63,014 nt of DNA, filler included, from Octopus bimaculoides (GCF_001194135.2; 9 parts of 9 records of this genome joined end to end with filler, not necessarily neighbours in it), one strand, 5' to 3'. Positions 40,651-54,136 are shown, counted from the first letter of the whole stretch. Translations and numbers: made by a program. The notes: generated by a model from the sequence alone, not told the origin.

Positions 40651-41122
40651 GAAGACTCATATTGACATTCAATGATCAAAATGAAGAGTAGATGGACAGC
40701 CGCCAACTGATGAAGGGTGGTTCTTTACGTTAATTGTCCTGTTTTTCATTTGTTTCTCTCCTCATTGTTTTCATATCAACTTGTTTGTTTTCGTATTTCA
40801 TGTTGTTTACAGTTTGTGATGTCATGTACCCATATATGCTCATATATATATATGTATGCATGTATGTATGTACATATATATATATGCATGTATATATATA
40901 TATATATTTAATTATATGTATTTATTCTATCCTAATAAATAATAATTCTGATAGAATAAATGGGTTAANNNNNNNNNNATACCCAAAATATCAGGGAGTT
41001 TCTGCCTCACCAACAGGAATTACACCACAGTTATTTTGTGATCTTTGCTACCTTGGTTTCTATTAACCCATTTATTCTATCAGAATTATTATTTATTAGG
41101 ATAGAATAAATACATATAATTA

Positions 41123-41177
<55 letters not shown>

Positions 41178-41699
41178 GTCTGTCTGTCTATCTATCTATA
41201 TCTATCTAGCAATCTCATTATCTATATATCTACCTGTCTATTCATGTATCTATTTTGCTATGTATCTAATTGTTTGTCTATCTGTCTGTCTACCTACCAA
41301 CCTACCTACCTACCTACCTACCTACCTACATACATACATACATACATACATACATACACACATACATACATACATACACACATACATACATATTTACACA
41401 CATACGTGTGTGCACATGCACATACACACACATACACACACAAATATCTAATTCTCTAAAACTTGTTTTCAACAGATTCCATACATTTCCACCCACTAAC
41501 TAATAAAGCTAGTGTACTTGATGTCTGTTTAACCAAACAGATTTTCACACACATACACTCACACACAACCACACACAAACAAAAATGAACACAGAGGTTA
41601 TGAAGGAGCCTCTGTAGTGGTGGTTTAACTTTCTAGAAACAGCAGTCAAATCTTCTTCACATAATACCCTAGCCTCTTAAAAATGGGGAAAAAAAGAGA

Positions 41700-42000
41700 G
41701 GACAGCTTGGATAATGTGGTCCTAAATATAATGTCTGAAATTGGGACTAGTGGAAATATGATCATCTGGTCCCCAACATCAGGTGGAGCTTTAAGTCCCT
41801 TGATTTTAGTCTCCTGGACATCTGCACCAGTAATATCACCAAAGATAGTGACAAGTTGGCAGCTTCCACTTAGTTAAGGACTCACTAGGGGTTGCCATCA
41901 GGGACAGGCTGTGTAGTATATGCAAAGGCATGAAGTCACTACCATGGCTGGGTCAGGGCCACCAATGACACTGGGAGTGGTCTTCTTGAAAGGCTTGTTT
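41700..42000 (-). mobile_element. Possible LINE endonuclease N-terminal remnant
   Basis: DITGADVQETKI resembles the EEP motif DIxxxQETK; short and degenerate. Confidence 0.3.
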
Positions 42001-42043
42001 CATTAATCTCCTAATATAATAATGAATGTAGTGTCTATATATT

Positions 42044-42098
<55 letters not shown>

Positions 42099-42864
42099 CC
42101 AAAATCACAGAGTAGGAGTATTATGGAGTAGGAGAAAAAGTAGTATAAGTGAAGGGAGAGGAGAGAAAGTAGTAGTTCAGTGATGGAGAAGTAGTGAGAG
42201 TACTAGCCCTGACTGAGAGAGAGAGAGAAAATAACAGCAAAGGAGAAAGGAAGGGGTGAAAAAAAATCAGCATTTCACCGCTGTGTGAATATATGTATGT
42301 GTATGTAAAAGGTGGGTATGTGAGTGTGTGTGTGTGTGCGTGTGTGTGCGTGCGTGTGTATGTGTATGTGTGTGCGCGCACGCATTCAATAGAAGTGGGA
42401 TGGCTAATGTTCAATGCTGAAAAGAAAAATCAAGCAGCATTTCAACTCTGTGTGAGTATATGTGTGTATGTGTATGCATATATAAGGGAATTATGTGAAT
42501 GTTTATATCTGTGATTATTATGTACCTTATTTTATACATTATGTGTATATAAAATACTACAATTAGCTACCATTTTTGATGGCACAGGGTCAGCTAGTGT
42601 ATATATATCTAGTGGAATGTATGTAGCATTATCTAGGTATATGTTTTCTTTTCTTTTTAATGTTTGGTCTTTTTTGTCTTTTCTTCCTTTGTTTTACTCA
42701 CAAATTCCCAGTGCACCCTGTATGGGTGTGTGTGTATGTATACACACACACACATATATCTTTCTGTCTGCCTGTCTGTCTATACATACATATATACATA
42801 TATATATATATACACAAAAACATGCATATACTATGCACACACACACACACACACACACACATCA

Positions 42865-43025
42865 TCATCATCGTCATCATCATTATCGTTTAACGTCCGC
42901 TTTCCATGCTAGCATGGGTTGGACGATTTGACTGAGGACTGGTGAAACCGGATGGCAACACCAGGCTCCAATCTAATTTGGCAGAGTTTCTACAGCTGGA
43001 TGCCCTTCCTAACGCCAACCACTCA
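42865..43025 (-). mobile_element. RTE-type 3' tail, near-identical to 21140-21285
   Basis: Direct reverse-complement comparison. Confidence 0.88.
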
Positions 43026-43685
43026 GAGTTATAATGTGCCAGAAGGGAGGCTAGGCGACAAGTTTATTTAGCCAGAGGGGAAGTAGATAAGAAAAGATTT
43101 GCCNNNNNNNNNNNNNNNNNNNNNNNNNNNNNNNNNNNNNNNNNNNNTTAATTAATTAANNNNNNNNNNNNNNNNNNNNNNNNNNNNNNNNNNNNNNNNN
43201 NNNATTGTTTATATGCCAACAGAATCTGGCAGTCCTATAAAGGACGATGTTACTGTTGTTTTAGCCCCAGGAGAACCTCTTTTTAAAAAGAAAGGACACG
43301 GTGAACATTGCAAGGCATAATCCTAGATATACAAAACTAAGAAGTGGTGGTGGTCACGAATGGAATCCCTTCGATCATGGATTTGTGTAGATTAGTGCAA
43401 CAACTTTCCATGATTCAGAACCTATCACTGGTGACTTCAGACCTCATACAGCAGTGGTGGTGGTGATGGTGGTGGTGGTGCTGGGGCTCTTGCTGCTGCT
43501 ACTGCTGCTACTGCTGCTGCTGCAGCTGCTGAGGTGCTTGTTGTGGTGGTTGATTGCCATCAGATGATTAGTCACTTCTTTCTCTCTCTTTTCCTCCTCC
43601 CTTTCTCCTCTCTCTCTCTCTCCTTTCTTCCAATCTCTGTCTTTCCCCCCTCTCACTCTCTCCTCTCTGTCCCCTCTTTCTCACA

Positions 43686-43726
<41 letters not shown>

Positions 43727-44581
43727 TTGACATATTTGCTGAAACATTCCAGTCTGTCAAGCTGAATGGGAACTTCTGTATAATTTGATTTTACAATATG
43801 GCAGTGTACAATGAGTTCATGTGTGTGTGTGCGTATATGTATATATATATGTACGTCTGTGTGTACATGTACATACCGGTGTGTGTCTGTCTATTTGTGT
43901 GTATACATGTATGTACATGTGTGTAGGTATACGTGTGTATGTGTATCTGTATATGTGTATTGTAATTAATTACGCCATCCTCTGTAGTAATTTAAACATT
44001 TGATTGCTAATGTCGTCCTAACTGGACACATATGTATCTGTCTGCCTGGCTGTCTGTCTGTCTGCCTGTTTGCTTGTCTGACTGTCTACTTATCTGTCCT
44101 TCTGTTTATTTACCTGCCTATTTATCTGTCTACTTATATATATATATATATATATATATATANNNNNNNNNNNNNNNNNNNNNNNNNNNNNNNNNNNNNN
44201 NNNNNNNNNNNNNNNNNNNNNNNNNNNNNNNNNNNNNNNNNNNNNNNNNNNNNNNNNNNNNNNNNNNNNNNNNNNNNNNNNNNNNNNNNNNNNNNNNNNN
44301 NNNNNNNNNNNNNNNNNNNNNNNNNNNNNNNNNNNNNNNNNNNNNNNNNNNNNNNNNNNNNNNNNNNNNNNNNNNNNNNNNNNNNNNNNNNNNNNNNNNN
44401 NNNNNNNNNNNNNNNNNNNNNNNNNNNNNNNNNNNNNNNNNNNNNNNNNNNNNNNNNNNNNNNNNNNNNNNNNNNNNNNNNNNNNNNNNNNNNNNNNNNN
44501 NNNNNNNNNNNNNNNNNNNNNNNNNNNNNNNNNNNNNNNNNNNNNNNNNNNNNNNNNNNNNNNNNNNNNNNNNNNNNNNNN

Positions 44582-44676
44582 GGTTTCTTTTGCCGAAATG
44601 CTAAGTTATGGGGGTCATAAACACACCAGCATCGGTTGTCAAGTGATGGAGGAAGGACAAACACAGACACACATAC

Positions 44677-44707
<31 letters not shown>

Positions 44708-44815
44708 CGACAGGCTTCTTTCAGTTTCCATCTACCATATCCACTCACAAGGCTTTGGTTGGCCTGAGGAACCTGGAACCATGTGGTTGAGAAGCAAGCT
44801 TCTTACCACACACAT
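44582..44815 (-). mobile_element. SINE family A (tail, (TA)n, internally deleted head)
   Basis: Tail, internal TA tract, then tacgacaggcttctttcagtttcc...aaccatgtggttg. Confidence 0.85.
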
Positions 44816-45454
44816 ACACACACACACACACACACATATATATATTTATATTTATATATATGTAGATATATATTGTCCCACCCATGCCAGCTTGGAAGGC
44901 AGTCATTAAACGATGACAATGATGATAATGATGATATATACAGCCATCCATCCAACTGTCTGTCTGTCTGTCTATCCATCTATCTATTTATCTATCCATT
45001 TATCTCTCTGTCTGTCTGTCTATCCATATCTATATATCTGTCTATCTATGTGTTTGTAAATCTATCTATCTATCTGTCTGCCTATCCTGTTGACACTCAT
45101 CTCCCCCCCACCATCCAGTTCTTCTTTAACTCAATATCAACTGTCACCCTATCAACACTTTACACTCCATTCCTCAATGACTACCACCATCACCTCCACC
45201 ACCTAATTAATTTTCTTTTTCTCTCTCTCTCTCTCTCTCTCACTCTCTTCCTCTCTATTTATCAATCTATTTATCTCACAATACATTTAAGTATGTCACT
45301 GACAATCCACTTTGCTATTTTTACATTTGTGTAACATCATTATATTCTTTGAAGATTCTGATGTCATAAGGATTTGATGGTCTCTGGTTTCTCCAAGCTC
45401 CGGGTTAGGGTCAATCAGAATCACAGGAGTAAGAGAGATAGAGTGATAAGAAGT

Positions 45455-45880
45455 TTGTTTAATGACCACATGATTGTGAGTCCAGTCCCACTGCATGGCA
45501 CCTTGGGCGAGTGTCTTCTACTATAGCCTTGGGCCGACCAAAGCCTTGTGAGTGGATTTAGTAGGCTGAAACTGAAAGAAGTTCGTCGTATATATGTNNN
45601 NNNNNNNNNNNNNNNNNNNNNNNNNNNNNNNNNNNNNNNNNNNTATATATATATATATGTATGTGTGTGTATATGTTTGTGTGTCTGTGTTGGTCCCCCC
45701 TGACTTCACTTCACAACCGATGCTGGTGTGTTTACGTCCCCGTAACGTTGCGGTTCGGCAAAAGAGACCGATAGAATAAGTACTAGGCTTACAAAGAATA
45801 AGTCCTGGGGTTCGATTTGCTCGACTAAAGGCGGTACTCCAGCATGGCCACAGTCAAATGACTGAAACAAGTAAAAAAAA
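45455..45880 (+). mobile_element. SINE family A, full structure: tRNA-like head, CORE-like segment, internal microsatellite, tail
   Basis: Head with ggcaccttgggcgagtgtc (CORE-like), internal (TA)/(GT)n containing a gap, tail ending gaaacaagtaaaa. Confidence 0.88.
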
Positions 45881-46139
45881 ACAAAAAAAGAGATATATAT
45901 ACATACCCACATACACACACATTTCTGTGAAATTCTGTTTTCTGCCAGGAAATGCTTTACGAGTGGTCTCTAGGAACAAATTAACTCATATATCGAGGCA
46001 TTATTGTATATACTTTTAGTCTGGTTGGGAACTCTATAGCTTGCCAAGACAGAGTGAATGTCCTTAAATAATACAGACTCACACATTACTTCTTTTCATA
46101 GATTTTTTAATGATTTTTTTGTTCTTTTTTGCCTTTCAG

Positions 46140-46189
46140 ATTGTCCCATGTTTAACAAGAGCTGTGAAAAATGTGTACTATCTGTCAAA
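46140..46189 (+). CDS. PTTG1IP: PTTG1IP coding exon (start of PSI domain; xCPMFNKSCEKCVLSVK)
   Basis: tttcag|ATTGTCCC...GTCAAA|gtaagt; 50 nt, phase 1 to 0; contains an NKS sequon. Confidence 0.92.
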
Positions 46190-46250
46190 GTAAGTTAAAA
46201 AGATTTATTTGCCCTTTCTCTTCACTCTCTCTCTCCTACAATTTTGATGT

Positions 46251-46294
<44 letters not shown>

Positions 46295-49200
46295 NNNNNN
46301 NNNNNNNNNNNNNNNNNNNNNNNNNNNNNNNNNNNNNNNNNNNNNNNNNNNNNNNNNNNNNNNNNNNNNNNNNNNNNNNNNNNNNNNNNNNNNNNNNNNN
46401 NNNNNNNNNNNNNNNNNNNNNNNNNNNNNNNNNNNNNNNNNNNNNNNNNNNNNNNNNNNNNNNNNNNNNNNNNNNNNNNNNNNNNNNNNNNNNNNNNNNN
46501 NNNNNNNNNNNNNNNNNNNNNNNNNNNNNNNNNNNNNNNNNNNNNNNNNNNNNNNNNNNNNNNNNNNNNNNNNNNNNNNNNNNNNNNNNNNNNNNNNNNN
46601 NNNNNNNNNNNNNNNNNNNNNNNNNNNNNNNNNNNNNNNNNNNNNNNNNNNNNNNNNNNNNNNNNNNNNNNNNNNNNNNNNNNNNNNNNNNNNNNNNNNN
46701 NNNNNNNNNNNNNNNNNNNNNNNNNNNNNNNNNNNNNNNNNNNNNNNNNNNNNNNNNNNNNNNNNNNNNNNNNNNNNNNNNNNNNNNNNNNNNNNNNNNN
46801 NNNNNNNNNNNNNNNNNNNNNNNNNNNNNNNNNNNNNNNNNNNNNNNNNNNNNNNNNNNNNNNNNNNNNNNNNNNNNNNNNNNNNNNNNNNNNNNNNNNN
46901 NNNNNNNNNNNNNNNNNNNNNNNNNNNNNNNNNNNNNNNNNNNNNNNNNNNNNNNNNNNNNNNNNNNNNNNNNNNNNNNNNNNNNNNNNNNNNNNNNNNN
47001 NNNNNNNNNNNNNNNNNNNNNNNNNNNNNNNNNNNNNAGAACAGCCTGCTCATGAAATTAACGTGCAAGTGGCTGAGCACTCCACAGACACGTGTACCCT
47101 TAACGTAGTTCTCGGGGATATTCAGCGTGACACAGAGTGTGACAAGGCTGACCCTTTGAATTACAGGCACAACAGAAACAGGAAGTAAGAGTGAGAAAAA
47201 GCTGTGGTGAAAGAGTACAGCGGGGTTCGCCACCATCCCCTGCCGGAGCCTCGTGGAGCTTTAGGTGTTTTCGCTCAATAAACATTCACAACGCCCGGTC
47301 TGGGAATCGAAACCGCGAGTCTGCTGCCCTAACCATTGGCTCATTGCGCCTCCACCTTAATAATAGTAACAACTACAAAAACAGCAACAATAATAATAAT
47401 GGTTTCAAATTTTAGCGCAGGGCCAGCAGTCTTGAAGGAGAAGGATCAGTTAGTAGTATCAGCCTAGTACTTGACTGCCACTTTATTTTATCAACCCTAC
47501 AGGAATGAAAGGTATACTTGATATTAGCAGGGTTTTAACTATTACAGCAACTCTTCTTACCTGACTCTCTACTATTTCCACCAATCCACCGCTCCAGGGT
47601 GGCATATAATTGTTTATTATATCATATTAAACGAATTAACATTGTTTCGGATTTATTTTTCCTCCTCAGTGCATTTACTGTTATGTGGACCAAACCTGCA
47701 AACCATATCCTGTTGGACATGTCCTTCCCAAGTCTTCAGAATGTCCGTTTTCCAAGACCCGGTGGACCAACTGTTTGAGTAAGTTGAAATTTCTGAAATT
47801 GCCATAAATTCTTGGATCTGATCACCCTCACCACCACCACACTTTCCACCATCACTACTAACACAACCATCTGTACTACCACTACCACCATCACCATCAC
47901 CCTTGTGGGCAATAAAGAAATAAGAAACTAGAAGAAGCCCGACTTTTATATATAGGTGAGTGTGTGTGTTTGTGTTTGTTCCCCTATCACTACTTGACAA
48001 ACAGTGTTGGTGTGTTTATCTCCCTGCGACTTAGTGGTACGAGCGAGGTCGTTGCCAGTGCCGCTGGACTGGCTCCTGTGCAGGTGGCACGTAAATAACA
48101 CCATTTGAGCATGGCCGTTGCCAGTACTGCCTGACTGGCCTTAGTGGCGGTGGCACGTAAAAGCACCCACTACACTCTCGGAGTGGTTGGCGTTAGGAAG
48201 GGCATCCAGCTGTAGAAACTCTGCCAGATCAGATTGGAGCCTGGTGCAGCCTTCTGGCTTGTTAGTATCACAAATATTGTGATTTCCTCAGCAACTTTTT
48301 GACACAAAGTCACTGAAGAAGTCACAGTATGTGTGACAAAACAATTTTGACAAATAAAGGTAAAATAAATAGCACATGTGTTTAATTGGCAAAAGACGAT
48401 CATCCCCAAGTATAACAATAATAAATTAGGAATTAATTAAAAACTGAATTTTCATTAACAGCAATACTGCAATCAACAGATGTTGTATTTAAATTATTCA
48501 ATTGTGGGTTGTTACATATGAATAAGATAAGGTAACATCTGGTAGGTGTGAAAGTAGGTGGTGAGTGTTTAGGATGTGATGCAGGTGTGGCTGTGTGCTT
48601 CAGAAGTTTGCTTCCCAACCACATGATTGTGGGTTCAATCCCACTACGTGGAACCTTGAGTAAAAGTGTTTTCTGCTATTCCCCCAGGCTAACTAAAGCC
48701 TTGTGGATGGATTTGGTAGATGGAAACTGAAAGAAGCTTAGAGCATTAAGAAGAGCTTCTAGCCATAGAACCCATGCCAAGAGAGATGGCTAGGCATGTG
48801 TCTGTATGTGTACAGGAGTTTATCGAAGCAGATTTTCTACTGCCAGATACGTTTAGTGTTGGTGCTCCATATCTGTTTCCTAGCAAAGTAGCATTTCCCT
48901 GTGGCCAGATATGTTTCTGCAGAATATTCTAAATGAACAACACTACTTTTACAACTGACAATCATTTACAGATATGGATTGCCAACACTAAACATATCAT
49001 GCAACTTTATGAGAAAGAGTGGAGGCGCAATGGCCCAGTGATTAGGGCAGCAGACTTGCGGTCATAGGATCGCGGTTTCGATTCCCAGACCGGGCGTTGT
49101 GAGTGTTTATTGAGCAAAAACACCTAAAGCTCCACAAGGCAGGGAATGGTGGTGAACCCTGCTGTACTCTTCCACCACAACTTTCTCTCACTCTTACTTC

Positions 49201-52200
49201 CTGTTTCTGTTGTGCCTGTAATTCAAAGGGTCAGCCTTGTCACACTCTGTGTCACGTTGAATATCCCCGAGAACTACATTAAGGGGTACACGTGTCTGTG
49301 GAGTGCTCAGCCACTTGCACGTTAATTTCACGAGCAGGCTGTTCCGTTGATCGGATCAACTGGAACCCTCGACGTCGTAAGCGATGGACTGCCAACAACA
49401 TGAGAAAGAGCAAGAGAGAGAGAGAGAGAATTGCAGGAATAAAGACATTCAAAATATTCCATCATAACTTTGTTTGTCTTTTAATTTTTTATTTTGTCTT
49501 TTAATTTTTTATTTTGTCTTTTAATTTTTTTAATCTTTTTCCTTTTACTCTTTAACAGTCAACTTTGAAGCTCTCCTTATTTCTATGGGTGTCATCGCCG
49601 GCCTGTGTCTTTTCTCCTGTATCCTCTGCATCTATTGCTGTTGTTGTCGCAAGAGCAAACGACTCAAGTAAGTAAAAGCTCTCTTCCCCATCAACAAAAT
49701 CAGATTTTGAGCAGGTGTGGCCACGTGGTAAGAAGCTTGCTTCCCAACCTCATGGTTCCTGGTTCAGTCTCACTGTGTGGCACTTTGAATACAAGTGAGA
49801 TAATTAGACAGGGTTAGAAATTTGAATTTGAAATAAGAAGCACTAGAAGCAAGATGCATAGGGTTCACATATTTAATTGGGTTTTTTTTGTCTGTTATGA
49901 AGTTCTTACAGTTTCTAGTTGGTGATAATGTAATCATGTAAAGAACTATTTCATTCTTTACAAAGATCTTCAGCATGATTAGAACCTGTAACTTATCTAT
50001 TGTTATTGTTTCCACTTATTGTTGTTGTTACTGTCATTGTCAATAGGTACATGGCTGATGAAATAAAGTTTGAAAGACAAAAGGAAGAGCGCCGAATAAA
50101 ATCTGATGAAAGGTAAGGAAAATCAAACACTCAGTTATCCTTAATGTCAAGTCATCCACTGAAGAATTCTATGAGAGAATGTACTAAAGGGTAGTCATTG
50201 AAGGGATTTGGTACTGTTAAGCCAATGACACTCATTTACTGTATACAATGCTTGCTGGGTGACCAACTGCCTACAGCAGTAAACTGACCACACATCCTTA
50301 GGGTGGTTCGTATTTTACATAAAATACACACTTAAGTCTTTCAGGGGTGAGATAAATAGGCCAAAAAAAAAAACTCTAGAAGGGCAAAAATTTATAACAA
50401 AAATTTGTACACTTGTTTTTTTTGTCATAAATTTTTGCCCTTCTAGAGTTTTTTTTTTTGGTGGGGGGGGGTATCTATCTCTCCCCTGAAAGACTTAAGT
50501 GTTTGCGTATACATTTTAAATGTTATGTGTACAATATAAACATTCCATACACCTTATAAATGATGAAAGATTCTTCAGAGATTCGTGAAGATCGCTGTGT
50601 CTGGTGTTCCACTGAGTTTGTCTCCTCACTGACAAATGCCCTGGAGATTTTGAGTCATCATGTTTTATTCCTCTGCAGACTGCTCACCCAGTCTTGCCAG
50701 TATAAAGTCCTGTCTTTGTTGTGGTTCCGTGGCTCACATGCATCAATGACCCAGTGGAGTACAAATTCCAGGTGAAGACCTCCCATGCTGGACAGGTCAA
50801 AGGATCGGCACCAGACAAATACAGACCACATCTTCCCAGGGTTAAAATGGATCTGCATAGGACCAACACTGCTACTTAGAAAAATCAAAGTTACAGAAAC
50901 ATTGATGACAGTTCAAAACCAAGAAGACCTAGGAAGGGGCCTGGCCTCTTAGGTTTCCCTTGCTCCCTACTAAAGGAGTGACCCTGACAGCCCAGAATCA
51001 AGAACGGGGGAGAAATGTTGTTGATGGCTTCTGCTTCACAGGGAGTGAACGTACATCCACACTTGAAGCGCTGTCCATTTACACCTATCTTTACTGTGGG
51101 TCAACCTGATGAAGGTTAGATGTTAATTTTGGTTTTCTTTGTCATTTCAGGAAACAAGAAAGGCAACAGAGGAATGACGAAATCAGGAAGAAATACGGTA
51201 AGTCAGATTGATGTCATTGATTAATGATTGAGACAAAATGCTTAGTGGCATTTCTTCTAGTTCTCTAACTTTTCACGTTTTTATGCAACCCCACCCCCCA
51301 CACAAATTGTAAGCTGTCCATGAAATTAGTAATTAAAACTCATTAATATCTTAATATAACAGTAAGGCGAAGGAGACGAGCTGGCAGAAACGTTAGCAGA
51401 CAGGTGAAATGCTTAGCAGTATTCCGTCTGCTGTTACGTTCTGAGTTCAAATTCCACTGAGGTCGACTTTGCCTTTCATCCTTTCAGGGTCGATAAATTA
51501 AGTACCAGTTGTGTACTGGGTTCAATGTAATCGACTTTATCTCTTTGTCTGTCCTTGTTTGTCCCCTCTATGTTTAGCCTCTTGTGGGCAATAAAGAAAT
51601 AAGAAACATTAGCACGCCGGGCGAAATGCTTAACGGCATTTCATCTGTCTTTTAATGTTCTGAGTTCAAATTCCACTGAGGTCGACTTTGCCTTTCGTTC
51701 TTTCAGGGTCGATAAATTAAGTACCAGTTGTGTACTGGGTCGATCTAATCAACTGGCCCTCTCTCCAAAAATGTGGGGCCTTGTGCCCAGAGTAGAAAAG
51801 AATATAATAGTGTTTATATAGCCGTAGTGTTTCTTGATCATTTTATGTCTATGAAGCCCTTTGATTCCTATTTAACCCTATTGGACCCTCATGTTAAAAA
51901 AAGAAACCCTATTATATTTTTATAATTAGATATTAGGAATTGTGTAGAAATATTGTTAAAATATTTTACGTATTATAGAAGTATAACTAATTTATTGCTC
52001 ATAAACTTACACAAAATCTTATATGGACCCCTTTTGAAAACCACTGAACATGTTTTCTGTGGCTGTTAATTCCAAGCGAATTCCTTCTCAAATTATAATT
52101 TTTAAAAATTCATTGTTTTACTGCTCTCTACCAGGAATCATTATTGAAGGTAAGATGTTGTGCTGTGTCTAGTTTTTATGTACATGTATCGATGTGTGTG

Positions 52201-52655
52201 CCTGTGTTTTATTATCTTATTCTTTTCTCCACATTTGCACACATTTGTGTATCTGTCTATATTTCTTTCACATCTCCTTCACTTCTGTCTCTCTCTCTCT
52301 CTCACTATATAAGAAGGTCATTGTAGCTTGCATGAAGTATTGTTGAACAGAAGTAAAATAACAAAATAATGAAGATGGAGGGCTTATAACAATGCAGAAA
52401 CAGAAAGTGAAGTTACTTTTATATATTTCAGGCGCAAAGGCCAGTCATCAGTGAACAGCTTAGTCAAGTGTGAGTCTGGACAGATCTCCTCTCAACATGG
52501 CCTGATCTGTGTTGCCTCACACTTCCTTACTCAGTCTACTCCTGATGAAGGGCCTTTGTGCCTGAAATATTACAAAAGTTACTAAACTTCCCCTTTTCTC
52601 TCCATCTTCATATATTTTGTTATTATATATGTGTGTCTTTATGTACATATATGTA

Positions 52656-52697
<42 letters not shown>

Positions 52698-54087
52698 AAC
52701 ACGTCTTTGTGCTTGTCCCCCCACCTATCATAATTTGTCAACTACTGCTGGTTTGTTTATGTCCCCATAACTTCGCAGGTTGGCAAAATAAGTCGTCGGG
52801 TCAATTTGGTTGACTACTATTGACGATTATTATGAATGGATGTGGTTTCTACTATACTGCAGATCCTTACTTCTTTGGCTTCCAGGTTATCCCTCCAATG
52901 GATCTCATTATAAAGTATCTTACCCATAACATCATGATGGAGTTAGTCAACAGCAACCCCCATTATATAATAGCTCAGGAGCTAGAAATGCTTCATCGAG
53001 GAGTCCAAAGAGCCAGATATGGTGTTTTTACACCTTTCACAATAAGAGGGAATTTTTTCTGCATTGAATTTGCCTTTAGAACCTGAAGTATATCAAAAAC
53101 ATATTTGAACTAACCTAAAGTTCACTTAGGCCTAAACACTGTTTGGTGCTAATACTGCCTTAATATGGTGTATATATATATAAACACGTTTTTGTGCTTG
53201 TCTCCCCACCTTTCATAATTTGTATATATATATATATAATATTAGGGACAAAATCCAAAATTACAGGTAAAAACTCAATTAAAATCAATTTATAAAAAAT
53301 TAAAATTAAATTGAGCTTTATAGATAAAATATATATAAAATATATAGTTTTAGGGAAAACAACCAAGTTTCAAGAACTCATCGATGAAAATCCACCATCA
53401 CATATAGAAAAATTAATAATTAAAAGCACAATAAATGAGTATAATATAAAGTAAAGTAAATATCATAAGATAAATATAATAAAAAGATTACACGTGTTTC
53501 ATAACTAATTTTCAAATAGAAAGGAAATTTAAATCGATTAAAATCAATATATATATATATATATATTTATATNNNNNNNNNNNNNNNNNNNNNNNNNNNN
53601 NNNNNNNNNNNNNNNNNNNNNNNNNNNNNNNNNNNNNNNNNNNNNNNNNNNNNNNNNNNNNNNNNNNNNNNNNNNNNNNNNNNNNNNNNNNNNNNNNNNN
53701 NNNNNNNNNNNNNNNNNNNNNNNNNNNNNNNNNNNNNNNNNNNNNNNNNNNNNNNNNNNNNNNNNNNNNNNNNNNNNNNNNNNNNNNNNNNNNNNNNNNN
53801 NNNNNNNNNNNNNNNNNNNNNNNNNNNNNNNNNNNNNNNNNNNNNNNNNNNNNNNNNNNNNNNNNNNNNNNNNNNNNNNNNNNNNNACCAATGAACCGCA
53901 TCCATTATTTTTCTCTCTGTATCAGACGGTGTCGTATTATGTCTTTCATGTTTTTTTTTTGTCTTTTCTTTTTCTTTGGTTTCTTTTCTTTTTGTTTACA
54001 TGGCTTGCAATTTGTAGTACATGTTCAGTGTTGTGTCCACCAGAGCTTTTTGAGTGAATTTGGTAGGCAAACTGAAAAAAGCTTTTC

Positions 54088-54136
<49 letters not shown>

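Noticed and set aside
49020-49095. tRNA-like A/B boxes (also at 48578, 60203, 62352)
   Set aside because: They continue into SINE bodies with tails and TSDs and lack a full cloverleaf, so they are SINE heads and not tRNA genes.
50560-51100. GC-richer intronic segment with short ORFs (also 52820-53150)
   Set aside because: Probably old LINE or PLE debris, but I could not identify a diagnostic motif.
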